Source of the DNA: a virus
Strand: one strand, 5' to 3'
IMG/VR virus record: IMGVR_UViG_3300029373_000006
DNA length: 52,972 bases
This document shows positions 1-9,367 of the stretch, piece by piece; within the stretch, counting starts at the first letter, position 1; each line of letters starts with the position of its first letter. The notes under the pieces are model-generated. The model saw only the letters and a program-made list of their open reading frames with translations. It did not search any database and had not been told where the DNA came from. A program made the position numbers and the translations under genes.

Positions 1-1370
1 TGGCACGTGGCGCAGCCAAGACCATGTTCGCCGAATTCGTCCAGGCATATTTCCTCATCATGGACACGTCGACGACCTCGCAGATCGTCGTGGCTCCGAC
101 GATGAAGCAGGCTGAGGAAACCATGGCGCCGTTCCGAACCGCGATCATTCGATCACCCGGTCCGCTCATCAAGTTCCTATCCGAGGGATCGCTTCCCGGA
201 AACGGACCGAAATCTGCTCAGGCCAAGCTCGCCTCGACCAAGAAAGGCATCGAGAATTTCCTCACAGGCTCGCTTCTTGAGGTCCGTCCTATGTCGATCG
301 ATAAGCTTCAGGGTCTTCGTCCAAAGGTATCTACCGTTGACGAATGGCTGTCCGGTGATATTCGTGAGGATGTCATCGGCGCCATCGAACAGGGCGCGTC
401 AAAACTCGACGACTATCTCATCGTGGCGACCTCGTCCGAGGGCACCGTCCGAAACTCAGTAGGCGATACCATCAAGATGGAGTTGACGGACATTCTCAAA
501 GGAGAATACGTCAATCCTCATGTCGCCATATTCTATTATCGGCTTGACGATACCAAGGAAGTTGCCAATCCGGATATGTGGGTCAAGGCAAATCCTAATC
601 TTGGACAAACGGTTACCTATGAGACCTATCAGCTTGACGTCGAACGTGCAGAGAAGGCCCCGGCCACACGTAATGATATTCTCGCCAAACGTTTCGGTAT
701 TCCGATGGAGGGTTACACCTACTTCTTCACCTATGAGGAGACTCTTCCACATCGGAAGAAGGATTTTTGGGGGATGCCGTGCGCCCTTGGCGCCGATCTG
801 TCGCAGGGAGACGACTTCTGCTCATTCACGTTCCTCTTCCCATTACCAGATGAGACCTTCGGCGTCAAGACGAGGAACTATATTTCATCATATACCATGC
901 AGCATCTTCCTTCGGCGGCTCGTCAGAAGTACGAGGATTTCCTGAATGAGGGATCATTGTTCGTCATGGATGGCACAGTGCTCGATATGGTGCAGGTGTA
1001 TGAGGATCTCGACAAGTACATCACCGAGTCGGAGTATGATGTCCGTTGCCTCGGTTACGATCCCTATAACGCCAAGGACTTCGTGACTCGATACACCATG
1101 GACTATGGAGAGTTCGGCATCGAGAAAGTGATTCAGGGTGCCAAGACCGAATCCGTTCCGTTGGGCGAATTGAAGAAGCTGGCCGAGGATCGTCGTTTGC
1201 TCTTCGACGAGGAACTCATGTCGTTCACCATGGGCAACTGCATCGTCCTTCAGGACACGAACAACAACAAGAAGCTGTATAAGGCCAAGCGCGAGGACAA
1301 GATCGACGCCGTGGCGGCCATGATGGACGCCTTTGTCGCCTACAAGAACAACCGTGACCTCTTTGACTGA
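1..1370 (+). CDS. terL: Terminase large subunit, 3' portion. The gene begins at 52477 and wraps through the window end because nt 1-123 equal 52850-52972.
   Basis: The ORF reaches position 1 with no start (24..1370 in the track). It is in frame with the ORF opened at 52477, so the joined product is about 580 aa. Size and position fit TerL, and the 'VARGAAKT' region reads as the ATPase site. Confidence 0.75.
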   Translation, partial: ARGAAKTMFAEFVQAYFLIMDTSTTSQIVVAPTMKQAEETMAPFRTAIIRSPGPLIKFLSEGSLPGNGPKSAQAKLASTKKGIENFLTGSLLEVRPMSIDKLQGLRPKVSTVDEWLSGDIREDVIGAIEQGASKLDDYLIVATSSEGTVRNSVGDTIKMELTDILKGEYVNPHVAIFYYRLDDTKEVANPDMWVKANPNLGQTVTYETYQLDVERAEKAPATRNDILAKRFGIPMEGYTYFFTYEETLPHRKKDFWGMPCALGADLSQGDDFCSFTFLFPLPDETFGVKTRNYISSYTMQHLPSAARQKYEDFLNEGSLFVMDGTVLDMVQVYEDLDKYITESEYDVRCLGYDPYNAKDFVTRYTMDYGEFGIEKVIQGAKTESVPLGELKKLAEDRRLLFDEELMSFTMGNCIVLQDTNNNKKLYKAKREDKIDAVAAMMDAFVAYKNNRDLFD

Positions 1371-1383
1371 TTGGAGATTCAAA

Positions 1384-2079
1384 ATGGTGGATTTTTCCGA
1401 TAAGCAACGGGCAATGCTGGCCAAACGAGGTCTTGCGATGCCCGACGGCGGCTATCCCATCAGGAATCGCAAGGATCTTCGCAACGCCATTCAGGCCTAT
1501 GGTCGCGGCAATAGCAAGGACAATGTTCAACGGTGGATCAAGAGGCGTGCCAAGCAACTTGACGCCGAGGACATGCTTCCAGAAAATTGGAGAACTTTGA
1601 TGAACCATAGTGAAGAACTTTATCACTTCGGTGTAAAAGGCATGAAGTGGGGCGTTCGTAAAAAGCGTGACAAACCGAGCAAAGCCGAACTTAATAAACA
1701 GAACGCTAGATATGGTTCTAGGCAAAGAATAGTAGATCGAGCCAGTTACGGCAAGAAAGGCGTTGAGCGCATCAATCGCCGTATGAATAAAGGCCAATCC
1801 CATTTTCGGGCATCTACGACTGAGATGATCCAAAGGGCCACAAAGCAAACAGTTGCGTCTTTGGCTGTGGGTGGTTTAGCGATTGCATCAACTAGAGAAG
1901 GTCAAGCCTTTATGAAAGCAAGTGTTGGAGCTCTTAAGAATGCAATCGGGCATAGCGCCCCATATATAAATTATCTTAGGAGACGATATGGAAAAGGATA
2001 TTCATGGGCTTCTCCGGCTAACGAGGCTTTGAAAGCGATTGGCAATAAGATCATTATCGATAGTGTGACAACAATGTAG
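1384..2079 (+). CDS. GMKWG-family paralog 1. The N-terminal 'AMPDGGYPIRNRKDLRNAIQAYGR' domain is followed by the 'EELYHFGVKGMKWGVRKKR' motif, a basic tract and an Ala/Gly-rich hydrophobic helix.
   Basis: ATG at 1384 lies 14 nt after the TerL stop, with 'ggag' upstream. The motif and its 23-nt core (1636-1658) are shared with five other genes. The 'AMPDG.YPI...DL.NAI.A.GR' motif recalls the N-termini of actinophage scaffold and protease proteins. Confidence 0.6.
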   Translation: MVDFSDKQRAMLAKRGLAMPDGGYPIRNRKDLRNAIQAYGRGNSKDNVQRWIKRRAKQLDAEDMLPENWRTLMNHSEELYHFGVKGMKWGVRKKRDKPSKAELNKQNARYGSRQRIVDRASYGKKGVERINRRMNKGQSHFRASTTEMIQRATKQTVASLAVGGLAIASTREGQAFMKASVGALKNAIGHSAPYINYLRRRYGKGYSWASPANEALKAIGNKIIIDSVTTM

Positions 2080-2087
2080 GAGTAATC

Positions 2088-2609
2088 ATGACTGATGAAT
2101 TGTGGCATTATGGCGTCAAAGGCATGAAGTGGGGCGTTCGACGAGCCGAGCGTAAGACTCGCAAACAGGCCCGTAAAGACGCCCAGGAGACCGCTCAATC
2201 CAAGATGTATTACGGTGAAGGAGCCGGCGTTCGTCGACGCAACATCAATTCCGTGGTCAGGCAGCGTTCAAAAGATCCAACCTACAAGAAGGCTTTTGAC
2301 GAAGAGTACTCAAAACAGGATATGGGCAAGGCTCGCCGTGACGCTGAACGACAGCGCAAACGTACCGATCGCACCGAACCGGTAAAGACCGGAATCGGTC
2401 GTGGTGTGAAGAAGGCTGTTCGTGCAGGAACCAAGGCTGTAACGTTCGCTGCGACGACCGCCGCAGGTGTGGCCGTTTCATACTATATTTCCCATCCGGA
2501 TGAAGCCAAGCGAATGGTTAACACCATTGCCAAGAAGGCATCCAGTACGGTAAATAGGGCTCGGAACGTAGCCCGTGGCGCCCAGTTCCTTCGTAAGATG
2601 GGTCTGTGA
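2088..2609 (+). CDS. GMKWG-family paralog 2, a basic protein with an Ala-rich hydrophobic helix.
   Basis: The N-terminus is 'MTDELWHYGVKGMKWGVRRAERKTRKQARK' with an 'aggag' RBS. The conserved 23-nt core is at 2118-2140. Confidence 0.6.
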   Translation: MTDELWHYGVKGMKWGVRRAERKTRKQARKDAQETAQSKMYYGEGAGVRRRNINSVVRQRSKDPTYKKAFDEEYSKQDMGKARRDAERQRKRTDRTEPVKTGIGRGVKKAVRAGTKAVTFAATTAAGVAVSYYISHPDEAKRMVNTIAKKASSTVNRARNVARGAQFLRKMGL

Positions 2610-2764
2610 TGCGATCCTATCACGAGCTCATCCGGTATTCAGATTTTCTCGACCGGTTCCATTACCTGCAATGTCACGGATCCGTCGGACGTCCGACATT
2701 CGGTTCCGAACGTTGGATGAACCAGCGGTTCTATCGATCACCCGAATGAAAACATGTTCGTGAT

Positions 2765-3013
2765 TTGGTGATCGCTCGGGACAATGGTTTCGATCTCGGG
2801 TGCCCCGATCATCCCATCGCCGGAAAGATCATGATCCATCACATCGAGCCGTTGACTCCGGATTTCATCGAACATGGTGACGATCTGCTGCTCGATCCGG
2901 ACAATCTTATCAGTTGTTCGTTGGCGACACACAACGACCTGCACTTCGGAACCGACGAACGAGCTCGCCCATGGGTCGAACGGAAACCCAATGACACCTG
3001 TCCATGGAGGTAA
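2765..3013 (+). CDS. HNH endonuclease, packaging-associated.
   Basis: The 82-aa ORF reads 'IMIHHIEPL...ATHNDLH', a His-Me finger pattern. Its likely start is TTG or GTG at 2765/2768. It sits next to terminase, as in cos-type phages. Confidence 0.6.
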   Translation: MVIARDNGFDLGCPDHPIAGKIMIHHIEPLTPDFIEHGDDLLLDPDNLISCSLATHNDLHFGTDERARPWVERKPNDTCPWR

Positions 3014-3049
3014 CTTCAAAATGATGGAATTTTATCGGATTGGAGGACC

Positions 3050-3400
3050 GTGATGGATGAAAGCATTCTCAAATCGGTCAAGAAGGTACTCGGACTTGAT
3101 CCCGAATCATCCGATTTCGATGAGGATCTTGTCATATTCATCAATTCGGCGTTCTTCAATCTCAGACAATTGGGAGTTGGTCCCTCGGAGGGATACTCGA
3201 TCACCGGAATCGAAGACACGTGGAGTGAATTCACTGATGACGATCAACTTCTTACTGGCGTAAAGCCATATATTCAGCAAAAGGTTCGTCTTCAGTTCGA
3301 TCCGCCGATCAATTCGTCCCTTGGGCAATCGATCCGGAAGAACATCGAGGAGTATGAATGGCGTCTCAACATCCAAGGGGAAGGAGGTTTCAATGAATGA
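3050..3400 (+). CDS. gp6-like head-tail connector / QLRG-family DNA-packaging protein.
   Basis: 'LKSVKKVLGLDPESSDFDEDLVIFINSA' and 'NLRQLGVG' match the gp6/QLRG pattern. The protein is 116 aa. Confidence 0.5.
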   Translation: MMDESILKSVKKVLGLDPESSDFDEDLVIFINSAFFNLRQLGVGPSEGYSITGIEDTWSEFTDDDQLLTGVKPYIQQKVRLQFDPPINSSLGQSIRKNIEEYEWRLNIQGEGGFNE

Positions 3401-3812
3401 GCTCTATCACTTCGGCGTCAAAGGCATGAAATGGGGCGTCCGTAAGGACCGTAAACGATCCGTAAGTTCCAAGCGTTCGCGATCGGACAGCAAGGATTAC
3501 ACGGAAAGCCGAGACCTTCTCAAGAAGTCCCCGAACAAGTTGTCCAACGCCGAGATCCGTAAGATCAATGAACGACTCAATCTCGAACAACAGTATTCGA
3601 ATCTGACGACAAGTCAGAAGCAGAAAGGCAACCGGTTCATCGACAAGGTTGGTAACCAGATGAAGCAGACCGCGGCCAACGAGGTGTCGAAGCAGTTGAT
3701 GAATGTCGGCAAGATCGTTCTTGGAGCCGGAATCGCCTATGCAGCCAGCAGGGCCCGTGGGAACGGACAGTCATATTCATTCGACTTCGCTCGCAGGCAG
3801 ATCGGTCGGTGA
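3393..3812 (+). CDS. GMKWG-family paralog 3.
   Basis: ATG at 3393 follows an AAGGAGG RBS and overlaps the upstream stop. The N-terminus is 'MNELYHFGVKGMKWGVRKDRKRSVSSKRSRSDSK', with the core at 3419-3441 (2 synonymous changes). A hydrophobic 'VGKIVLGAGIAYAAS' segment follows. Confidence 0.6.
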   Translation: MNELYHFGVKGMKWGVRKDRKRSVSSKRSRSDSKDYTESRDLLKKSPNKLSNAEIRKINERLNLEQQYSNLTTSQKQKGNRFIDKVGNQMKQTAANEVSKQLMNVGKIVLGAGIAYAASRARGNGQSYSFDFARRQIGR

Positions 3813-3818
3813 TGCCTA

Positions 3819-5126
3819 ATGAATGTCGTTACCGATGCATTGGCGCACGCATGGAATGCGTTCGTCAACCCGTCATCCAACTTCCGTCCGTCCGTCGGAT
3901 ATTCCTCGGCGCGTCGTCCGGATACGCGGGTCTTCACCCGAGGCGTCGACCGATCGATCATATCCTCGCTGTACAACCGCATCGCCATCGATGTGAGCGC
4001 CATCGAGATCAGACATTGCCGTATCGACAAGACGACGCAGCAATATCTTGAGACGATCGATGACGGGCTCAACCAGTGTCTGAATGTTGAGGCCAATATC
4101 GACCAATCAGGCCGTGATTTTATCATGAACGTCGTGATGACGATGTGCGATGACGGGACCGCGGCTATGGTGCCGATCGATACCACGGTCGACCCGATGA
4201 ATTCGAATTCGTTCGATATTCAGACCATGCGCGTCGGTCGTGTGGTCGAGTGGTATCCGAGGGCCGTGAAACTGTCGGTATACAACGACGCTCCGAATGC
4301 CGGACAGCGTGAGGAGATCATCATGCCGAAGCGCAAGGTGGCGATCGTCCAGAACCCACTGTACCAGGTGATGAACGAGCCGAACTCTACCTTGCAGCGT
4401 CTGATCAGTAAGCTTAATCAGCTTGACGCAATCGACGACAAGGCCGCCTCTGGAAAGCTCGATCTCATCATCCAGTTCCCATACCAGATCCGGACCGAGG
4501 AGAAGAAGCGTCAGGCCGAAATCAGGCGACAGCAGCTTGAGGATCAGCTTAAGGACTCCGCTTATGGTGTGACCTACATTGACGGTTCCGAGAAGGTTAC
4601 CCAGCTCAACCGAAGCCTCGACAACCACATGCTTCAGCAGATCCAGAACCTGACGACCCAGCTCTACGGTCAGCTTGGCCTTTCCGAGGCCGTGGTGAAT
4701 GGCACCGCCTCTCAGGAGGAGATGCTCAACTACCATAACCGCACCTTGGAGCCGATGATCTCGGCCATCTGTGACGCGCTGAAGCGAACCTTTCTGACCA
4801 AAACCGCCCGAAGTCAAGGACAGAGCATCGAGTTCTTCCGCGATCCGTTCAGGTTGGTTCCGGTCACCGATCTGGCGAACATCGCCGCGGCATTCACGTC
4901 GAACGAGATCATGTCGTCGAACGAGTTCCGTTCGATCCTTGGTTTCGCCCGTTCCGAAGAACCTCAGGCGGATCAGTTGCGCAACGCCAATATCAACCCA
5001 CTCGGTACCGACGTGACCGCGCAGCAGCCAGAATCCACAGAAGAACCAACCCAAGATTCAGCACAGCCGTCTATTCAGGATGTGCTGAACTCCCCCATGG
5101 AAGGAGACAGTCAAAATGGGGTATGA
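3819..5126 (+). CDS. Portal protein (HK97-family-like), putative.
   Basis: The 435-aa product has an acidic C-terminal tail and an 'NEFRSILGF' region like HK97-type portals. It lies between the connector and the protease/capsid gene. Confidence 0.5.
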   Translation: MNVVTDALAHAWNAFVNPSSNFRPSVGYSSARRPDTRVFTRGVDRSIISSLYNRIAIDVSAIEIRHCRIDKTTQQYLETIDDGLNQCLNVEANIDQSGRDFIMNVVMTMCDDGTAAMVPIDTTVDPMNSNSFDIQTMRVGRVVEWYPRAVKLSVYNDAPNAGQREEIIMPKRKVAIVQNPLYQVMNEPNSTLQRLISKLNQLDAIDDKAASGKLDLIIQFPYQIRTEEKKRQAEIRRQQLEDQLKDSAYGVTYIDGSEKVTQLNRSLDNHMLQQIQNLTTQLYGQLGLSEAVVNGTASQEEMLNYHNRTLEPMISAICDALKRTFLTKTARSQGQSIEFFRDPFRLVPVTDLANIAAAFTSNEIMSSNEFRSILGFARSEEPQADQLRNANINPLGTDVTAQQPESTEEPTQDSAQPSIQDVLNSPMEGDSQNGV

Positions 5127-7062
5127 TTTCAGTGGCTACGCCACACGGAACGACATTCGTTGCTCTGATGGACGAACCATCATGAAGGACGCCTTCGCCG
5201 ATCAGGATGGTCAGAAGGTGCCGCTGGTCTACCAGCATAACCATAGCGACATCGACAACGTGCTTGGTCACGCGGTCCTTGAGAATCGCAATGACGGTGT
5301 ATATTGCTACGGCACGTTCAACAACACACCGATGGGCCGTGACGCCAAGGAGCTCGTCAAGCACGGCGACATCACGGCGTTGTCGATCTACGCCAACCAT
5401 TTGACCGAACGTAACAAGAACGTCATGCACGGCAACATCCGAGAGGTGAGTCTGGTCCTTGCCGGTGCCAATCCCGGCGCCTACATCGACAACGTCACGC
5501 TCCAGCATTCGGATGGAACTCAGGACCTCCTTGACGATGAGGCTGTGATCTACTCCGGCGAGGAGATCGTCGTCAAGCACGGCGATGAGGAAAGCGAGGA
5601 TGACATGCAGCATGCCGACGATTCCAAAACGTCGACCGCCAAGACCGAGGACGATTCGTCCGCGAAAGTTTCGGACAAAACGGTCCAGCAGGTCTGGGAC
5701 ACTTTTACCGACAAGCAGAAGGACGCTGTATATGCTCTTATCGGCGCGGCCATTGGTGGTGCCGAGGAGAGTGTTGCGCAGTCCGATATTTCGCACGCCG
5801 ACGAGGAGTCCGGTGATTCCTCTGATTCCGGCGAGACCGTTCAGGACGTCTTCGATACGCTGAACGAGGAACAAAAGAATGTCGCCTATGCTCTGATCGG
5901 CCTCGCCGTGGAGCAGGGTGATTCCGACAGTGAGGACACTGACGGAGAGAACAACAATAGCGCCTCCCATTCGGAGGAAGAAGGAGATATTATGTATATG
6001 AACGCCTTCGAACAGGCCGGTGCCGAGGATGAAGCTCCGGTCCTGTCCCACGACGACATGAAGGAATTCCTTACCGAGGCTAAGGACTACGGCTCATTCC
6101 GTGATTATTCCGAGAAGTGGATGAAGCACAGTGGTCAGACCTACGGCATCGAGAACATCGAGGTGCTCTTCCCGGATGCGCGTCAGGTCGGTGATGAGCC
6201 GTATCTGTACAAGCGTGATACTGACTGGGTCGACATCGTGCTCAACGGCACCCGTCACACCCCGTTCGCCCGCATCAAGACCTCGTACGCGGATCTGACC
6301 GAGGACGAGGCCCGTGCGAAGGGCTTTACGCTTGACCGCAACAACAACAAGCGCAAGATGGACGAGGTGTTTAAGGTCTATAAGCGCGTCACCACCCCGC
6401 AGACGGTCTACAAGAGGCAGCGTCTCGACCGCGACGACGAGATCGACATCACCGATTTCAATGTGGTCAACTTCCTGTGGAACGAGATGAAGGTCATGAT
6501 CCGTGAGGAGATGGCCCGTGATATTCTCATCGGTGACGGCCGCGCCGCCTCCGCCGAGGATCATGTGAATACCGAGAACGTCCGTCCGATCGTCGGTGAT
6601 GACGATCTGTATGTCATCTACAACGATGGTACCAATCCGGCCACTGATCCGACCGCATTCGTCGATCGCGCCCGTAAGGCGAAGGTGGGCTACATGGGCT
6701 CCGGCATGCCGACCCTGTTCCTGTCCCCGAGCCTGCATGGCGAGCTCATGGTGCAGCGCGACAAGGTCGGCCGGCGTCTGTACGATACCGACGCTTCGCT
6801 GGCGGCCGCCATGGGTGTTTCCGCCATCGTTGAGGTCCCGGTTCTCGAGGGCTTCGAGATGACCGAGAAGAGCAAGGTCGTTGACGGCGTGATGGTGAAT
6901 CTGCGTGACTACACCATCGGTACGGATCGCGGTGGTGAGCTGACCCAGTTCTCCGATTTCGACATCGACTACAACCAGCATAAGTACCTCATCGAGGCCC
7001 GCCTGTCCGGTGCATTGACCATGCCGAAGTCCGCCATTGTTCTGACCCACCCAAAAGCGTGA
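5116..7062 (+). CDS. Fused prohead protease, acidic scaffold-like linker and HK97-fold major capsid protein.
   Basis: The N-terminus 'VPLVYQHNHSDIDNVLGHAVLENRNDGVYCYGTF...ALSIYA' is the HK97 prohead-protease pattern. The middle is D/E/S-rich with an internal duplication ('VQQVWDTFTDKQKDAVYALIGAAIGG' / 'VQDVFDTLNEEQKNVAYALIGLAVEQG'). The C-terminal ~330 aa with 'ARDILIGDGRAASAEDH' is HK97 MCP-like. Confidence 0.7.
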   Translation: MGYDFSGYATRNDIRCSDGRTIMKDAFADQDGQKVPLVYQHNHSDIDNVLGHAVLENRNDGVYCYGTFNNTPMGRDAKELVKHGDITALSIYANHLTERNKNVMHGNIREVSLVLAGANPGAYIDNVTLQHSDGTQDLLDDEAVIYSGEEIVVKHGDEESEDDMQHADDSKTSTAKTEDDSSAKVSDKTVQQVWDTFTDKQKDAVYALIGAAIGGAEESVAQSDISHADEESGDSSDSGETVQDVFDTLNEEQKNVAYALIGLAVEQGDSDSEDTDGENNNSASHSEEEGDIMYMNAFEQAGAEDEAPVLSHDDMKEFLTEAKDYGSFRDYSEKWMKHSGQTYGIENIEVLFPDARQVGDEPYLYKRDTDWVDIVLNGTRHTPFARIKTSYADLTEDEARAKGFTLDRNNNKRKMDEVFKVYKRVTTPQTVYKRQRLDRDDEIDITDFNVVNFLWNEMKVMIREEMARDILIGDGRAASAEDHVNTENVRPIVGDDDLYVIYNDGTNPATDPTAFVDRARKAKVGYMGSGMPTLFLSPSLHGELMVQRDKVGRRLYDTDASLAAAMGVSAIVEVPVLEGFEMTEKSKVVDGVMVNLRDYTIGTDRGGELTQFSDFDIDYNQHKYLIEARLSGALTMPKSAIVLTHPKA

Positions 7063-7484
7063 GCCCGTCGGGTCCGACGATCTTAGTCGAGCCTGTGGCG
7101 GGCACCGAGACCAAGTATGGTAAGAAGGTCTCCGATCTTCAGGATGATGTTGTCATCAACACCAATCGGAAGATCGATGGCACGCTCCATTACGTGACCG
7201 GATATACCGAATTCAATAGCTCCGAGCCAACCGAGCAGGAAGGTAATTACCTGGCGTTGGATTTCGCCGACAACTGGCTCGGCGATACCGATCCGACGAC
7301 GTTCACGGTCGAGCTCAAGGGCGGGACCAAGGGACCGGTGACGTTGATGGATAGCGATGCCTTCTACGTCTTCCGCGTGACCAATCCTAACACTCAGAGC
7401 ATCGAGGTGGTATCCACCGATTCCACCGGAACGACCACGGTCAAGTATTCTCTGAAGGGTCTTACCTTGGAGCCCAAGAAGTGA
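7059..7484 (+). CDS. Hypothetical head-associated protein, possibly a decoration or Ig-like protein.
   Basis: A GTG/ATG start overlaps the capsid stop. The 141-aa product is beta-rich and Thr/Ser-rich. Confidence 0.3.
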   Translation: MSPSGPTILVEPVAGTETKYGKKVSDLQDDVVINTNRKIDGTLHYVTGYTEFNSSEPTEQEGNYLALDFADNWLGDTDPTTFTVELKGGTKGPVTLMDSDAFYVFRVTNPNTQSIEVVSTDSTGTTTVKYSLKGLTLEPKK

Positions 7485-7491
7485 CGCGGCC

Positions 7492-7830
7492 ATGGCGAGG
7501 TTCTGCGGAAAGATAGGATATTCCCGTCAACAGGTGGAGACCTCGCCTGGCGTCTACGAGGATCGGATCAATGAGCGGACATATTATGGTGATGTGACGA
7601 GGAACACCCGTCGTCTTGAGGGTTCCGACTCTGTCAACATGGATATTCTCGCGAACAACACGATCTCGATCCTTGCCGACGCGTATGCCTATGACCATTT
7701 CTTCGATATGAAGTACGTATGGTGGATGGGGACCCGCTGGATCATCACCAATGTCGAGGTCCAGCGGCCCCGTCTCATCCTTACCCTTGGAGGCGTATAC
7801 AACGATGGGGACGAGGCTGCAACTCCATGA
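7492..7830 (+). CDS. Head-tail adaptor / head-closure protein, putative.
   Basis: 112 aa. Position and size fit SPP1 gp16-like adaptors; the similarity is weak. Confidence 0.35.
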   Translation: MARFCGKIGYSRQQVETSPGVYEDRINERTYYGDVTRNTRRLEGSDSVNMDILANNTISILADAYAYDHFFDMKYVWWMGTRWIITNVEVQRPRLILTLGGVYNDGDEAATP

Positions 7831-7846
7831 TATTCTGGTGGGGATC

Positions 7847-8131
7847 ATGACCGATACCGATCCATCCTATGCAACCGGTCATGTATATTTTCAACCCCCG
7901 TCGAATATCCAGATGAAGTATCCGTGTATTGTGTATGAACGGGACACCGGCGATACGCAATTCGCGGATAACAATCCGTATATTTTCAAACTTCGGTATC
8001 AGATCACCGTGATCGATAGAAATCCGGACAGTCCGATACCAGCGAAGGTTGCCGAACTCCCGATGTGCACGATGGATCGGCATTTCGTCAGCGACAACCT
8101 TCATCACGACGTGTTCAATTGCTATTTTTAA
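7847..8131 (+). CDS. Tail-completion / neck component, putative (DUF806-like).
   Basis: ATG at 7847 follows 'ggtgggg'; an alternative ATG at 7805 would overlap the upstream gene. The 'HVYFQPPSNIQMKYPCIVYERDTGDTQFADNNPY' pattern is seen in Gram-positive siphophage neck proteins. Confidence 0.35.
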   Translation: MTDTDPSYATGHVYFQPPSNIQMKYPCIVYERDTGDTQFADNNPYIFKLRYQITVIDRNPDSPIPAKVAELPMCTMDRHFVSDNLHHDVFNCYF

Positions 8132-8140
8132 GGAGCTAGA

Positions 8141-8809
8141 ATGGTAGCACTTACTTGGGATAATACCGGCAAGCGCCAGTATGAGATGGGTACGGACCAT
8201 GGCGTATTGTACCCGATGGAGACCGGTGGCACTTATGGCACCGGCGTGGCTTGGAACGGCCTGACCGCCGTCACCGAGTCCCCTGATGGCGCCGAGGCAA
8301 ACGACATGTACGCCGACAACATCAAGTACGCCTCACTGCGTTCCGCCGAGACGTTTGGCGCGACGATCGAGGCCTATACCTTCCCTGACGAGTTCATTCC
8401 GTGCGATGGCGGCGTCGAGGTCACTGATGGAGTGGTCTTCGGCCAGCAGTCGAGGAGCAAGTTCGGTTTCTCGTACCGCACCCAGATCGGCGACGACGTC
8501 AGTCAGAATACCGGCTACAAGCTGCATCTGATCTATGGCGCGACCGCCTCCCCGTCGGAGAAGTCGTACGAGAGCATCAACGATTCTCCGGAGGGCATGA
8601 CCTTCAGCTGGGAGATCGACACCGATCCGGTCGCCGTGGAAGGCCATCCGGAACTCAAGCCGGTGGCGTCGATCACCATCGATTCGACCAAGGTCGACAA
8701 GAGTAAGCTTGCCGCGCTTGAGAAGAAGTTGTATGGCGACACTGACGGCGAGCCGACTCTGCCCCTTCCTAGTGAGGTCTATACCACGATGAACTCGTCA
8801 GGGATGTGA
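8141..8809 (+). CDS. Major tail protein.
   Basis: 'GTDHGVLYP...GVAWNGLTAVTESPDG...TIEAYTFPDEF' matches TP901-1/Sfi-type major tail proteins. An 'aggagctagaatg' RBS precedes it. Confidence 0.65.
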   Translation: MVALTWDNTGKRQYEMGTDHGVLYPMETGGTYGTGVAWNGLTAVTESPDGAEANDMYADNIKYASLRSAETFGATIEAYTFPDEFIPCDGGVEVTDGVVFGQQSRSKFGFSYRTQIGDDVSQNTGYKLHLIYGATASPSEKSYESINDSPEGMTFSWEIDTDPVAVEGHPELKPVASITIDSTKVDKSKLAALEKKLYGDTDGEPTLPLPSEVYTTMNSSGM

Positions 8810-8827
8810 CGGAAGTGAGATGTGTGA

Positions 8828-9367
8828 ATGCTCGAATTGACGGTTGAAGGTGAACTCTACGACGAGTCGGAGAACGAATTTATCACTGTAGGACCGCGAA
8901 TCGTTCGATTCGAGCATTCGCTTCTTTCCGTTTCAAAATGGGAGTCGATCTGGAGAAAACCGTTCCTTGACGACGAATCAAAAAGCATCAAGGAAACGCG
9001 GTCATATGTTCGTTGTATGGCGATCGATGATATTTCGGATACCGAACTCGATCTGATCATGCTCAATCATTTTTCCGAACTTAATCATTACATCGAATCG
9101 TCGCAAACGGCGACCACGATCAATCACATGTCCAAAGGGCGTCGTTCATCATCCAAGGTGACGTCCGAACTTATCTATTATTGGATGTTTTCCGCTGGAA
9201 TACCCGCGCAACCATGCGAGACGTGGCATCTCAGCCGTCTTATCGCCCTGATCGAGATATTCGGCGTCAAGAACTCGCCGAAAAAGAAGATGGCAAAGTC
9301 TGATGTTTCGAGGATGTACAGGGAGATGAATGCCCGACGTCGAGCAGAGACTGGGAGCAAGGGATGA
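8828..9367 (+). CDS. Tail assembly chaperone, putative.
   Basis: 179 aa with a Lys-rich C-terminus, located between the major tail and tape-measure genes. Confidence 0.4.
   Translation: MLELTVEGELYDESENEFITVGPRIVRFEHSLLSVSKWESIWRKPFLDDESKSIKETRSYVRCMAIDDISDTELDLIMLNHFSELNHYIESSQTATTINHMSKGRRSSSKVTSELIYYWMFSAGIPAQPCETWHLSRLIALIEIFGVKNSPKKKMAKSDVSRMYREMNARRRAETGSKG

Noticed and set aside
1-123. A direct terminal repeat (DTR) of 123 bp.
   Set aside because: The repeat lies inside the terminase coding sequence and exactly matches what a circular-contig overlap would produce. Without read data a DTR cannot be claimed.
277-945. Alternative-frame + ORFs inside terL (277..462, 520..945).
   Set aside because: They overlap the well-supported terminase frame and are compositional frame shadows.
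1971-2198. Minus-strand ORFs sharing an 'NAPLHAF' motif (1971..2198, 3390..3590, 51505..52080, 52095..52343, 1225..1848).
   Set aside because: They are reverse-complement translations of the conserved GMKWG nucleotide core on the + strand, not an independent protein family.
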